Shown piece after piece: positions 25,574-39,930 of a DNA stretch of 64,000 bases (positions are counted from its first letter, which is position 1; each line of letters begins with the position of its first letter). This DNA comes from Callorhinchus milii (Eukaryota): positions 47,680,001 through 47,744,000 of the forward strand of contig NW_024704743.1 in NCBI RefSeq assembly GCF_018977255.1. Direction: 5' to 3'. The notes beneath the pieces are model-generated. The model did no database searches. It was not told the DNA's origin and saw nothing but the letters and a program-made list of their open reading frames with translations. The translations under genes and the position numbers were made by a program.

Positions 25574-27589
25574 CAAACCTCAACTTGTGAGCATCTTTCA
25601 CTCATCAATGTTTCTGTGATGGTAATGCCAGTGTTGTGTCTGGTTCCATGTGCATTATCTCTAACTCTGAGAGTTTATTTCTTAGCCTTTCAGCAAACAC
25701 ATAGTTACATTTTTTGTTACATCTTCACCTTTCATTCAGCATTCGAACATCTCCCATGGACATTTAGAGGTCTAAACTCCTTATTGTCTACTCTAATATG
25801 CTTCCACTCCCTCCAAATCCTGTTTAAATGTAACCTTACATATTCCAACCCTATAATACAACGACCCTATATAATCCTTCTTTAGTTTGTCAAACCTTGT
25901 GTCTATTATGTTATTTGTCATAACTTGTCTTACCCACACCTGAATTAACTCTGTTTCTCTCATTTGCTTATGGGATACTCCTTACTGTACTGTCAGAAAG
26001 CTATAGTCTTATTAATGTACAACACTCACCATTTAGTCTCTTATAACAATGGTTTGTCCAGCTGCCACCTACCCTTCAAATGGTTGCAGTTTCCTTCCCA
26101 GATTGTATCTCATATTTTACAGCTTTTACTCCACTAAGGGAATCAGTCTCTTCTATACAACAATTTATTTCTTCAAAACCTTCAATGGCCTTTCAACACT
26201 GGAACCAATATGTTCCCTAATTACATCATTTGCTTCACTTACCTTCCCCTCTTTATGTTGGGGTCTCAGTTTCTTCTCTGTTACCATGTCTTCATCCCCA
26301 AAGGAATACAGTAATTTGTACCGTTTAGATTTCTCCACAATAGACTCATCTATGTATATATTTGCCTTCACTGTTGTAAACAGCTTCATAAGCTGTATTT
26401 TGCCTGCTTTCACGATTATTGCTATGATTGCACTGTTTTTTTTGTCATATCCTCCAAAATGAAAAGATGAAAGCTTGCTACTTTTAGTCTCCCAATAGTG
26501 GAGTGAGTGAGCAAGTATTTGTAATGCTGTGGGCATTGGAGTACAACTCTTTTCATCTAAAGTGGGTTAAGTGCGCCTATGATCCATTAATGAAAGCCAC
26601 TTCTTTGTATCTTTGATTTCAGTCATAAGCAGCTAGCTGGAAGCTGCTTGTGGTTGGGCAGATCATAAGTTAATTGTTTGGCAGTCTTGGCCTCTTACCC
26701 TAAAGGAAAAAGATCAGTGGGAGGTAGCTTATGTGACATTGCTAACTGACATTTTTATTTAAAATAAGTCTTAAACCAGTTGTGCTAACTCACAGCCTTA
26801 AGGCTGCACAGTTTGAGAGACAACAGGGAAAAGACTAGTCATTCTTCATGTTTTGTGATCAGGCTTAAAATTGTTTTTGTAAATGTGTCAAAAGTGTAAG
26901 TTTTATTTATGCTTAAAAAACACACACAAAAGATTTTTTTTAGAAAAAGAATTGAAGCACATAGAGTGCCAACTCAATTTTAATTATTGTTTAGAGAGGT
27001 TTCCCCATTATTTTAATTAGTGGTTAAGAGAAGAATGGGGCTTCTCCCGTTTTCATGGTCAACAATCTTCCAGATAAATTATTCAGAATTATAAATTATA
27101 CATTATACCTTGTGTTCAAAATAGCTGCCACATTTTCCTACAAAAATGGTTACACATTACTTCACACCAATCACTTTAAAGCTTTGAGAAGTTTTGATGT
27201 TTAATGCACTATAAAAAATATAAATTGGTTCTTACAAGTTCTCACAAAATCACCTGAATGGTCTGAATGAAGAAGACCCTTTGACTTATTCGATCTCATC
27301 CCTTCAGAACACCTTCCCCCATCATGGCTTCAATCTGCTTTTTAAATGAGTGCAGTATCCTGGCTGCTAGCTCCTCTCATGGCAACCAGTTTCAGTCATT
27401 GAATACCCTCTGCATAAAGAAAAACCTCTTGAAATTGCCCTTTACATCTCTAAACATACATGCTCTTGTTCTACTGCCTTGATACATGCTAAAATATTCA
27501 TCTTGGATTTACGAATCTAATGTAATTCACTGTAAAAGATGGGTGACTTATCTGTACTGCATAGGCTGGCCAATTCACTTGGTATTTTG

Positions 27590-27795
27590 AGCGAAGAATA
27601 TTAATCAGTATTCCCGGAAAGCTCCCTGCTCTTCTTCAAAATCATGCCTTGAAATCTTTAACCTCTACCGAAGCACAAGGATAGGCAAATGCAGGCCTGA
27701 TTCAACATCTCATTTGAAGGGTGATATTTTGAACCTGCAGCACTCTTTCAGTACTGATCTGGAATGTCAGGCTGGACTATATTGTTAAGTCCTCA
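27590..27795 (-). mobile_element. Deu-domain SINE remnant
   Basis: agctccctgctcttcttcaaaatcatgcc...tcaacatctcatttgaagg...cagcactctttcagtactg. Confidence 0.55.
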
Positions 27796-28759
27796 CAAAC
27801 CTACAACAACAATTTGTACAGCTCCCTTCACATAGGGTAATGTATTGAAATGCTTTGCAAGGACAAGTTGGATGGTGAGCAAGAAATGGGTGGGGGGGGG
27901 GGGGGGGAATGGGAGGTTACTATAGACGAGGTTGAAGAGGTAGGTTTTAAGGCAGAATTTATAAATAGATAGTGGGCTAGACAGAAGGAGGGAGTTTGAG
28001 AGGTTAGGGCTATAGGATCTGAAGTCTCTGCCAATGATGTGTAGTTTCCTGACCTAGAGATGAGTCTGTAACCAATTGTTAGTGAATATATTTGCAAGCA
28101 ACTATTTGTACCACTTCAATACTGAGATAATGCGTTACAATTACAAAATGCAAAGTACCATTTCTATCATCTTCAGCAAGGGTAAAAGTTACACCATTCA
28201 GTATTCTAAATAATTTAGCCATTATCAGGCTCATGTATTGCAAAGACCTCAGTGGTAGCACAGTGTAGATATTGTGAATGACAGCTTGTTGAAGTACAGG
28301 GAAATTCAAATCCTGCTCTTGGGAAATGCCAGTCCTGCTTCAGCCCTTTAAGACATCTGTCCGCAACAAACAGAGGTGCACCCAAACTGCCCAGGCTACT
28401 CTGCTGAAGCAATGCTGCCAATTTTTTTCAAGGTTACTGATGCAGCAATTTTCAAAATCAGTTATTAGCTATTAAGTTTTACTTATACACTGTAGCATTT
28501 AAGCCTGCATTATCCCATAAATGCATGTTTTAAAATTTTACTTTTAAAATTCGAGTGTACTCATCAACAATAATTCAAATTTGGCTAGTATTGTTTAAAA
28601 ATAATTAGCACAAAGTTGCAGTTCTGACTGATAAATATGGTTTGTAAATGTTATCGTTGTCTCAACTATATATTGCTCTTTCAAACAAACTGATTTGTTA
28701 AGTAGCACAGATGAAACAAAGTCTTTTAACGTTCATCGCTGGCTCCGACTGAACTAGCA

Positions 28760-29320
28760 CTGTTAGTTTTGCTCAATCCACAGCTTTCTTTCAAACCTTA
28801 TCTCTGCTTTGTAACCAAGATTACCTTACTCGCCTCCACCCATACGCAATCCCAATCTGCCAAAACCCTCATCCACACCTTATACTTCTCTACACTATAC
28901 TTCTCAAATGCTCTCCTTGCTGGATTCCCTACCTCAATTTTCCATAAGCTCCAACTTATCTAAAACTACGCAGACTTACCTAAAACCTCCACACTACACT
29001 TTACCACCATTCTCGCCAGGCTCCACTAATTTCTCTATTAGATTGACCTCCAAGATCCTAGCTCTGATCTTCAAATCTCTCCACAACCTTGCCCCACTCT
29101 ATTTCTGCAATTTTCTCCAGTCCCATTCTCTCTATTCTGCAAGCCTGAGCCTGCTGGATGCCCCTCCGCCCCACCATTGGTGACTGAGTTCACAGCCACT
29201 ATGCCTCTCCCACAAGTCCCTGTGTCTTGCACCCTCCCACCTTGCAAGCACAATGAACCAACCCCATTATTAGCAAATTTGCAGTATAGCGGCGCTGCAC
29301 TGTATAAGTGCGAGTTGTTG
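28760..29320 (+). mobile_element. Old L2 fragment
   Basis: LNPQLSF, AKTLIH, FHKLQLI and KILALIFKSLHNLAPLY remnants. Confidence 0.65.
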
Positions 29321-30083
29321 TTAGAGCCTTTGTGTTATGGCAGTGAGAAAGCAGCCAGTTTTCTATTCTGATTCACCATAATGTGTATTTTCTGGCTGAC
29401 ATTTGGAATCGTGAAGCAGAATGAGTGCCCGACATGATCCAATGTCTGTAACACAAGGAGTTGAATTATGCTGTGCTATCTCACATATGGTCCTTGAAGG
29501 GCATTGCCTTTAGTCTAAAAAAACTTAAGTAGAGAAACCTGGAAGATAATTTTAAAAAATGATTTGGAAAAATAGGGAGATGAAAGACTCCTTTCTCTGC
29601 AGAAAATATGTTTTCTGCAACTCAAGTGGCACAAGGTGCTGCTTTTATTTAATGCTATTAGGACTTTGTGTTGGAACAGGTTTAGAAACCCCAATCACAT
29701 CTCAGACTTTATACAGTATCTGCACTGTTCAATCTGCTTTTTTAATCATCTTTGGATGTGGGCAACCCTGGGCAGGGCTAGCTTTTATTGTTCACTCACC
29801 CCTGGTTTCCCTGAGAAGGTGGCAATTGGCCTCTTTGCAGTCCTTGTGATGAGTCTTCCCACAACAGTGTGATTAAACCAGTGACGATGAAGAAGTGGTT
29901 TTTGTCCCAAGTCCAGATTGTAAGTGACTAAGAAAGGAACACTTAGAGGTGATGGTAGCATCTAGAAGTGATATGGAAACAAGGGAAGAACTGCAAGACG
30001 TAAATGAAGGTATTTTATGAAATTATTGACTTGCTTTTCTGTGTTTTATATCTTTTTTAAAAAATCTATCTTTCCTAATGTAG

Positions 30084-30253
30084 GTAGTGAATATGATGAA
30101 GAAGAGGTGGACTACGAAGAATCAGATAGTGATGAGTCTTGGACCACAGAAAGTGCAATTAGTTCAGAAGCTATTCTGAGCTCAATGTGCATGAATGGAG
30201 GAGAAGAAAAACCTTTTGCCTGTCCTGTTCCTGGATGTAAAAAGAGATATAAG
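30084..30253 (+). CDS. JAZF1: JAZF1 internal coding exon (exon 4 equivalent), 170 bp; acidic region and first half of a C2H2 zinc finger
   Basis: aatgtag acceptor and AAG|gtatgc donor. Translates (G)SEYDEEEVDYEESDSDESWTTESAISSEAILSSMCMNGGEEKPFACPVPGCKKRYK. Confidence 0.97.
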
Positions 30254-30394
30254 GTATGCTGCATGGTTAAAAAACTTTTTGCACAAAGATAAGCTACTGA
30301 ATTGGGATCTGCAAAATGTCAATAATTCAGTATCAATGTATAATATATCGGGATAGAAAATAATATCTCGGGATATAGTATACAGTTTGGGACA

Positions 30395-30484
30395 CGACAT
30401 ATCAAGCAACTGCCAGGATGGTGGAAGGCGAACTAAGTGGACCTTGATCTTCTTTCGCCAAGCAAATTCTTATGTTCATATGTA
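30395..30484 (+). mobile_element. CR1-type 3' terminus
   Basis: ggcgaactaagtggaccttgatcttctttcgcc...ttcttatgttcatatgt is a CR1-style hairpin and tail. Confidence 0.5.
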
Positions 30485-33400
30485 CTAGAAACTTGTTAAT
30501 AAGCTTGATTAATTTTATTTAAACTTATAATTCCTTTGTGATCAAGTCTACCCACATATTCAACAACAACAATAACACCTTGCATTTACATAGTGCACTT
30601 CACACAGGCAGGGTGTCTATATGTATTCTACACAACCAGACACATCTATTCAGAAGCACGGATTGCGATGCAATCTGTTGCAACTCTTTTTTAAGTTGCA
30701 GTGAAAGACTATTTTGGAAAAAAATCATTGCCCTTTTTGCCCTGGTCTCTCTGGACCAGGATCAAGGCCAGTTGTTGGCAGGCAGCCAGTAAACTACTCC
30801 TTAGCCTCTACTACTGCTATCTAAACAGCTGGCTATGAGGCCCATGGTTTCTGTGATTTTCCTTTCTGCCTGCTTCTCTATTCTCACCCTGTGGTGGGGC
30901 AGAGCTTAGAGGAATGAATCATATTGCACTACTGTACCAAACATTGCTGATCGCAGCGTGCTACCCCTCCACACTGGCCAATTAATGGATATAAAACATT
31001 CATGGATACTGAAATATCCAGTTTTGTATTTTTCATTTCCTTGAAGAAGTGGATTTGACAGCATGTTGAGTCACACCATTGCAGTATAAAAGCAGAACAA
31101 TCAACTCTTTAATAATACTAAAACTCTTAGCACCCGCTATCACAGCTCTGCTTATTTGCACATGTGCACACCTCTCCTCAGCCCTTACTAATCCGATTGA
31201 GGAGCAGGAAATATAAATCAGCATTCCCTCCCCAGTTTACTCCACTGCCGGAATTCATACCACTTCACTTCAATGTAAACTGACACTAATGACAGTTTTA
31301 CACTTGTTACACCTATTGTCAATCTAGAAAACAATGTGATAATTATAGAAAACATTGCATTACATGAGACTTTTCTTTGCACGGACATTCTAGGCAGTTC
31401 TCCAGCAACCATAGTAAAACAAATGTAAAATTGTAGCAGATGGAATAAAACATAGTAAGCTTTTTAACCTTATTAGTGTTGTATGTGTTCTGAGAATCCT
31501 TAACATGAGGTAAAACAAATCTATGATGATGATGGCTATTTTACAATCCGACTGAATGTACAGTAGGGTTGAAGTTGAAGAAGTACTGAGGGCAGGAGCA
31601 TTGTAAAGGCACAATACTTGGTTCAAGAAGCAAACAATCCATGGTGATTGTACAGAAAGATGATTTCCCTTGAGATTACTGAAGCAGTGAGGAGAGCAGC
31701 TCTTCTTACAAAAAAAATCCCAGTAATTTGCTGCATCCTGTCTGTGCTTTTGTTTGATGGCCAGTCTTTTCTTAATTGCCCCTAGAACTAAATCATTCCT
31801 GGTCTGCTCTTGGAATCTCTCTGCCTTCATCTGAAATTCAGGAGGGCTGTCTCAGTGCTGTCTCGCACACCATTAGTGCGTGAGCAGCCAGACTGGGACG
31901 AATTAATGATCCGTGGTGGGCCTGATGACATGGATACAGGCACAAGAATAAGCACTGCCCGCCTCTGTCTATAGATTAGGATAAGGCAATCGAACAGAAT
32001 GTCAGGTCTTGAACTAGCGGATAGGACAAAGCTGATTTTTGAAATTATGAGAGAGCATACCGTAAAACTTCAACTGTGTTTGTATTTCATTGCTTAAAAT
32101 CCAATTGTGTATTTTAAAATAAAATGTGGCGTGTTCTGTCAGTGTTAGAGAACATATGCGTAGCTTTTTTTTGAACAAAGTAACAGGCCTTTCATACAAA
32201 ACGCATTGTAAGTTGATCTTTATTACAGACAGTGGGCATTTGCCATGAGTGAAGTAACAGTATTTAAATTACAAAGTAATATTTATTTAAATCAACCAAG
32301 GTGTTAGCAGTAATAAAGGGAACATCTGAGAGCTGAGCTCATACTCTAAATGCACAGAAACTGATTTTGTGTATTTGTTATTAGACCATTGTGAAATGGA
32401 GGAGTTTGATAACATAAAAAATTGAGCAGTTTTTATTATCCCACCACTGGATAATGTAACTGTTCATAACGTACTCCCAGTCGCCAGTTATGTTCTATAT
32501 TTACATGAGCGAGTTATTTTTTAGCAATTGACTAGCTTACTATTGTATACTAGTTCAGCTCTGAGTCATGTTGGATTCCTAGCTTACTGCCAGAGTTTTG
32601 CTGTTTAAGTACCGATCATGTAGCCAGTACGGGACAGGACAAATAAAACTGATGAAAACCCTGCTTGGTATCATAATCACATTACCAGTAGGGCCACTGT
32701 TGTAGGGAATATTTACAATATTGCAAACATTTTTTCAAATAAATAATTGCTATAAATACATGATTACATATTCTAATAAATACAATAAATATGTTAACCA
32801 ATGGATAGTCAGTGTATTAAAACGTCTAAAACAAGAATGACTGCTAAATATATTCTGACTGATATTATTTCAGAAAACAATTATCTTAAAGTACAAATTT
32901 GGTATTGCAGTTGGAGCCTCCCGTGCATACTCAAATAATGTAAGGAAAGGCACATGAAAATGAATCTGCTATGATGTCTTGACCACAATGGTATTTTATA
33001 GTCCCCTGTCACAAGGATTCTTTTTTAATAACCTTCTGGTCAAAAGACAATTATTTAGCTTGGACCGTTAGGAAACGTCTTAAGATCAATATGCTCATGA
33101 TCCCAGGATAGCTTGAACAACTCTGTGATAGGTCAAAATGGGGTTCCTGCATGTTCGTATGAGGTATAGAATGCTGGTTTGTCCTGCAGTTCTTCACACA
33201 ATAAGTTTGCTCTCTTTTCTCTGCTGTCAAGTTGAGGTTAGATTTCCCACAGGAAAGGAAAGAAAGTGTGAGACTAAGATTCAGAATCACTCTTGGGCAT
33301 CTTCTACACAATGGCACAGGCTCCAGAGCCCAGAGCAGGCCATCAAACTACATATTTGGTGGGAAATCCAAGAGCAACTTTAAAAAGTTATCTCCCTGAT

Positions 33401-33584
33401 GGTTTGGTTACTAAAGGCACTGCCAAGTAGGAAACTGAGTCAGATAGAGAAATGAGGACTAATTATTTGTTCTAATTTATCTTTGCATTGGTATATGGCT
33501 CCCTGCTCCTTGTCCTCAGCTTCCTCTTGTTAGCGTGTATTTCCACCATTCTAGCCACCCTGTGGTAACCCACCCAAAGAGCCC

Positions 33585-33880
33585 TTGTTCATGTAAGAGT
33601 CTTGTGCAGTGAGTGTTGGCCCACCACTTGACTGTAGAGGGTGCCACAGCTAAACCTGACCTCTTTCTACCCAGCTACATGCATTACTGTAGACAGTACT
33701 GAAGATGGATGAGAACCAGGAATACCGTCTGGTTTTATCCTCCCTAGTCCTAGAAAGACTGGAGCAAATTTAGCCTCCCTCCCAGGTAGCCCAGGCTGAG
33801 GCCAGCAAACTCAGCACATACAGGTATTTGAACCATCGGGCTCCCAATCTGTAAACTGCAGCTCTATCCACTATACCACT
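33585..33880 (-). mobile_element. Ancient SINE-like repeat remnant (related pieces at about 3330-3520, 41380-41600, 53090-53290)
   Basis: Degenerate shared motifs (cagctaactcagcac..., ttttcc(c)tcc..., tgaacc). Family not assigned. Confidence 0.35.
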
Positions 33881-36800
33881 GGGACTTCCCTCGACAGTTT
33901 TCTGACTGTCCATTGCTTTTATGGGAGATTGGTATATGTCAGATACTGAGCTTCATAGATGGAGTAAATCTGTATGATGGCAGTTCGCCAATTACTTGAC
34001 ATCAGCTTTGGGTTCAGAGTAGCACAGCAAACAAATCAAATGAATCTGAATAGCTTGATTGTTGCTGGGAAGCTTCAGACCACTGCTATTTACCTTCTGC
34101 GTCAAAAGGCTATTCCTTGAATGTCTTGACCAAGCTACTAATCCTGTAACAAGGGGTGACTGGAATGAAGGCCCTAATGATCCTGTCCACCAGGAGAAAC
34201 TGGATCTGCGCTCAGTGTAGTTCATTGCGCTCAGCATCTCAAAAGCTCTACTTGCCCCACCAGGGCCGGGATGAAAGCAAAAATAGCAACAACTTGCATT
34301 TATATAGCGCCCTTCGTGTAGGGTAGAGTCTCAGAGCTTTTCAGCACCTCTGACATAAACAGTGTTTCTCCATGGAATCCCCTATAGAATACACACGCAA
34401 CCATTGAGATTTTGGGCTGCAAAGCTATTTGCAAGAGGAATAGGAGGTTGGATTCCCTGGATTAATGCTGTTTGAAATATAGATATGTTTGTCAATTAAT
34501 GAGCAGTGGTTACCCCACTAAAATGTATTTAGATGCCATTGCGGGTTCTCACAAGAAAGAAGACTGGTGAAATTGGCTAGTGGTTTGAAGTGATACAACA
34601 CAATTTGAAGGAGCCGGCAGGCTCTCTGCTGCATATGTTTGATTTTCGAAAAGTAAATTTCGGGATCCATCACTCCTATAAGCAAACTCGAATTATAACA
34701 AAACTTAAAGGGGCTCTAATGTAAATGTATCTTGCAATATACAAAGTAGTATTGTCACTGTGCTTATATGAAAAAATGCAGTTTAATCTTGTACCAATGT
34801 GCTTAAATTGCTCCTATTACTTCACCAAGTACTTCAGTGTTATAGTTTGAATGCTCTAAAATACTTGTTTTACAGCTCACACTGCACTCAGCCACTTCTC
34901 CATTAACTTGCTAAAGCAAACTGGGAAATGACCCTGGTAACTTCGGCAAGTATTTTTATTCTTGCATGTTGGAGCTAAGATCCTACACAATAAAACTGTG
35001 CAAAAGCTGAGTAACATTGTCAGTGAATTACCGTTCAATTTGTAGTCCTTTGGAATGGACAGAGAGATCTAATTTCACTTTTTTATTTTTGGTTTCTGTT
35101 TGAATTTGCTGAGTTTACTGCTTTTCAGTTAAGGCTGTTTCGGAGGTATGGCTGGAATGCCTGATCCTTTATCAGAGAAGGATTGGTTTCATTTACTTTT
35201 ACTTTGAGTCTGATGTTTCATTGGCTTGAGATGTGGAAGAACCCTTTATCTGACACTGACTCTAAGATTATAGGTTGGTTAATAGCATTTCATGTCATGC
35301 TGTCTGAGAGTTCACATTAGATGAAATCCTTGATCTTAATCTGGAAGGTAATAAAATCCTGCTGCTTGGAATGTTTAGATGTTATTTCAAATAAGACAAC
35401 TGCTCCCTCAAAGCAAACGTGACCTGAAAGAGAAAAACATGTGAAACAATAAATTATAATTATTAATGTGCATTTAATGTAGCATTTACAAACTGTTCTA
35501 CGAATGGAAATTAATTTCTTATTAAAGCACCATTGCATCCTTCTCATCGACAACAAGGACCTATTATTTTCTCTCCTTAATGCTGCAATAAGTCCATGGA
35601 ACCAGGTGTGGAATTCAAGTAGAGCTGCTGATACCTTGGCAGAACTTAGAAGACTGGTGGTGCGAAACCAGCAGCTGAGACTTTAGTGCATACAAAGAAT
35701 GATGGAGAAGCTGTGACCACCTCCATGGGCTCAGTACAATTAATAGTGTCTGTGATGAACCAGACTCCTTTGATCACTGTGATCAAAGACTTTCTATGTG
35801 TAATAGTTATGAAATTACACTTGTTTTAAAGTGCCCGAGTTAGCATTAGTACACTTAGAAAGACTGGACTTGTATGGTGGTGTATAAATTATTGCTTTCT
35901 TCATCCTCACCCCTCTAAATTAGTGAGGCTGTATCGAAGGATTCTTTATTGTTTAACAGCTCAAATTTTACAAAATTGGGTCTAGGTTTAAATCTTAACA
36001 CAAAGAAATGGACCGAATAGCCTCCTGTTGTGTCCTGTTGTCTCCTGTTGTGTCGTACATTTCTGTGACTCTTAACAGAATTTATCTAATTTGTGAAAAG
36101 AACACCTAAGTAATCATAACCTTGAGAAGGTTAATTGTACTGACTGAATTATGTAGCTATGGACAATTAGAATGATCTGCCCCGGAAATGTGTCACTAAC
36201 CCAATCCACAAATATGTGCAAACGGTCTTTTCTACAGTGTTTTTAGTTTGTGCTTTACATAGAAAGCATTTAAGTGTGTAGATTGCCAACTCAGGGTAAC
36301 TTCAATTCTGGAGCTTTTATTATTTGGTAAAATAATAAAAAGCATTTGATTCCTGTGGTGGGTATTAAAACGGTAGGGTAATAAATTATGGTAATCCAAG
36401 AATACCTCTGGATGACTAAAATGACAATTGGTATATAAAGTGGACAAGCTGTGCATCTTTACACTAAATTCCTGATGCACAAACAATTGGTTTCCTGATC
36501 TGTTTCTGCAAACATTTAATAGTTTGGGGCAAACCTAATTTTGGCAGCCAGCAAAAGCTTTCTGAATAAGGGTTAATGGGTTGAAGATTAAAAGTCTAGG
36601 TAAGATTTGTGTTTGTTTGTAAGAGCTGGCAGTGTACCCTGTGTGAGCGTATCATCCCGACCTGAGCACTAGAGAGAACTGTTTAAAGTGTTTATTGCAG
36701 TGTCAAAAGCAAATAATTTCTATAGAAGTCACTGCTTCATGTAAACTTTCAACACAAAGCGGATTAGCTTTTGTATGTCACAATTTACTTTCAGCAGAGA

Positions 36801-37059
36801 AATGTAGTTTATACCTGTACTAAATCTTATTTTCTTTTAATTCCAAGATCGATGAGAAGGGTTTTTTGAATGATATATTACTTCACTTGATTAACCTTGT
36901 GCAATACTTCTGGTGTAGTGTGTGAGAAATGAATTTTATGAACTTCCATTGTTGTTCATTTTGCTTCGGGTAAAGCTTATTTGTGAATCTCATTTCTTGT
37001 AAAATTCTGAGCAGAAACTATTTTCAAAAAACGGACGAATTAAATACATTTTTGAAATA

Positions 37060-37678
37060 CAGGTAAACTCACATAAGGCGCCTGGTTATAAATCGTAATC
37101 TTTCTAAATCTTATAATCACCTAAGTCGTACATACAATCGAGTCCTATTCAGTTTCCTACCAAAAAAAACTTAAGTATCTTTGCACTAGTTTTATTTTAC
37201 AAGTTGGAATAATGACTTAAGTTGTAACGGTTTCTTGGTCCCTAATAATCCTAAATCGTAATGCACATCATCTGCTAACTGGTATCGCCGCGACCACACT
37301 TACCGGCTGCATTGATGAAGTACAGCATGTGCAGTGCAGCGTTTGAAACACTAAAGCACAGGAAACAAGGTCATGACCCGTCATCATGGCGCTGTCCATT
37401 GTAAAGGCCCAAAGATGGCTCGAGGTGCTTACTTATTCTTTGCTTAAGAATGTCAAGTGGACATTTATGTAATACAGGTAATGTAGTAATTTAACAAAGA
37501 GGTGCTGGTTCTGAAAGCACTGACGTGGTGTCACAAAAGACAAACTTATACATAATTTTGTGTAAGTCATATTAAGTCGACTGATACGACTTATGTGAGT
37601 TTACCCATATCTTATACTTGGCATAAATTGCATTAAATGTTATGGTCCCGACTGATATGTCTTATGCAAGATTTCCTG
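37060..37678. mobile_element. Tc1/mariner-superfamily (Tigger/pogo-like) MITE with TA flanks
   Basis: Left end TA|CAGGTAAACTCACATAAG. Inverted copies CTTATGTGAGTTTACCCA|TA at 37590-37607 and CTTATGCAAGATTTCCTG|TA at 37661-37678. Confidence 0.7.
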
Positions 37679-37964
37679 TAATTCCTTTTTATTTTACAGT
37701 TGCATGAAAATTAACTAGAAATTGCGTAGGTGGCTGAAGGAGACTGTAAGGAACAGCAGCATATTGTAGTCATCATAGTCATCAAGGGAATTTCACGTGT
37801 CTGTATTCCAGTGCATCAGCAAAAGTACTTTCATTTGCGACGGTACTAGAATTATGCGTATCATGTAAATGACCTTTGAAAAATTCTATTGTTTAATTCA
37901 AGCTGTGCTTCTGCATTTATTCTGGTGAACTATAATCCATTCCTTTTTTTTGTTTCTTTAACAG

Positions 37965-38141
37965 AATGTAAATGGCATAAAATACCATGCAAAGAATGGC
38001 CATCGGACTCAGATACGTGTCCGCAAGCCATTTAAGTGCCGCTGTGGAAAGAGCTACAAGACTGCACAGGGGCTGCGGCACCACACAATCAATTTCCACC
38101 CACCGGTGTCTGCTGATATTATCAAGAAAATGCAGCAGTAA
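37965..38141 (+). CDS. JAZF1: JAZF1 terminal coding exon (exon 5 equivalent); completes the second zinc finger and encodes the third
   Basis: tttctttaacag acceptor. Translates NVNGIKYHAKNGHRTQIRVRKPFKCRCGKSYKTAQGLRHHTINFHPPVSADIIKKMQQ, with stop TAA at 38139-38141. Missed by the ORF track because it lacks an ATG. Confidence 0.97.
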   Translation, partial: NVNGIKYHAKNGHRTQIRVRKPFKCRCGKSYKTAQGLRHHTINFHPPVSADIIKKMQQ

Positions 38142-39930
38142 ATAAAATCTGTGTGCATGCGTGTGTGTGTGCGTGAGCGCGCGTGTATGTATGTGTGCGT
38201 GCGTGAATTTGTGTATATAATATATATATTACTTTATATATGTTATATATAGTATAAATGTATGTATATATGTTTGCTGGTTGGACTATAACAACTATCC
38301 AAAGCATCACCAGCAATTGCTGACTGAAATATCCACTTATTTTATGGGATGAATTCAGCAATCTTTGAAACACTAGTAATTTGAGCCCTTTTAATGCATG
38401 CTTAAAATAGTATTTTTAGGAATGATGTATCTTTGGCAAACAGAGTACATGCTTTTTTCCACCTGCACATCCGTTCATAGTACCTATATCCATTTTATTA
38501 TCCATAAGGTGCTAAAAGTAAAGCTGTTTTGAAACTATTTCCTCAAAGATGAATTACTACCGATGTTCCATTGAAGTATCTATCTGCAGTGAATAAGTTG
38601 AATTTTTTTTAAAGCTGATATAAATTGACTTTGCTGTTTGTTTTAAATTGTAATTGTATTGCCTTGTTTTACCACCCTGAAGCTGAATGGTCATGTGGGT
38701 CCTCAGAGCTGTAAAGCATAAGTACACGGACGACAAAAATGCAGCATCTGTAACACATTCAAACCTAAGTGCGTGGTGCAGACATCTCCGCAGCATTTAC
38801 TCACACCTAGCAATAACGGTAAGAGTTAATGTGGAGTAATTCCAGGAATGTTTAGCACAGTAAAGGTACGTTAGTATGAGTAATGAGTTAACACATATCC
38901 ACTGCATGTAAACCTACAAACTTATAAACTATTATAAATTTATTAATAAAAACAGAGAGTAAAAGTGCAGGGGATTTGCACAATACATTTAAAAAATATA
39001 TATATATACTATTTGCTCCCCCTCCATGAGATGTTTTCCTTTTGGCAATTTGCTGCAACATTTTAAATGATGAATTTTCTTGTGCACCTCTTTGAACATT
39101 GTTCTGATATGTGGAACTGAACTCTTCTTCATCACAGCTGATGAGGTTTATAAGCACTTTGTAGTTACCTTTTGGAAGTAGAGTTAAATGTTTGTGTGTT
39201 GCCAATATCTGCCGCTGCTTCACCCAAATGTGTTGTGGCTGCAAGGACAATGTATGTTGCTAAGGAGGTCGTTGTTAAGGGAATTTTGTAATGTTACACC
39301 TACTCATGGTTACCGTATTTTTTGTGAATTTCTCTTGTATTAATAAGCTCTTCAATGCCTTGTTACTGAAACTCACTGCATTCCATTTGTAATTGTTTAG
39401 CTTTCCACATGGTATCACTCTGCTGCATATGAACAATGTATGCCTTTCTAGCCTTACAGATGGTAAAGTGTTTTACTTGTACAGCAAGGATAAATTTGGT
39501 CATTTCCAATCTTGTTGGCGTATTAGTCAGAGACTGTAATAGACTGTACACTTCTGGTACCGCTCCATAAAGAGAAAATGGAAACAGTGTTCTGGATAAG
39601 TCTAAACACTCATAAACATGTCATCACTGCATGTAAATTCTTGATAAATAAGTACTAAAATGACATTTTACAAGTATTTACTTCTACCTTGTGGCAGTAT
39701 TATGAAACGTATATGGATGGGGTTACTTTGTGTGTATAGCAAATTGTATCGTCAAGTGTTTGTAAAGTGCTCTCTAAATTATATTTTTCATATGTTCTAT
39801 TGTGGGGATTGTTACTTCAATGAAAGTAAAATTGAGGTGTGAAAAACTGAAGATGACCAGATAAATCACACACAAAGCTGCTTTATCAATGTAAGGAAGT
39901 CACAAAATAAATAATTAAAAAATATTGCCT
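38142..39930 (+). other. JAZF1: Probable JAZF1 3' UTR (end approximate)
   Basis: AU-rich, transposon-free sequence after the stop codon. Candidate poly(A) signals are AATAAA at 38141-38146, 38945-38950 and 39906-39911, plus an AGTAAA near 39825. Confidence 0.6.
38150..38272. repeat. (TG/CG)n then (TA)n compound microsatellite at the start of the JAZF1 3' UTR
   Basis: Seen directly in the sequence. Confidence 0.85.
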
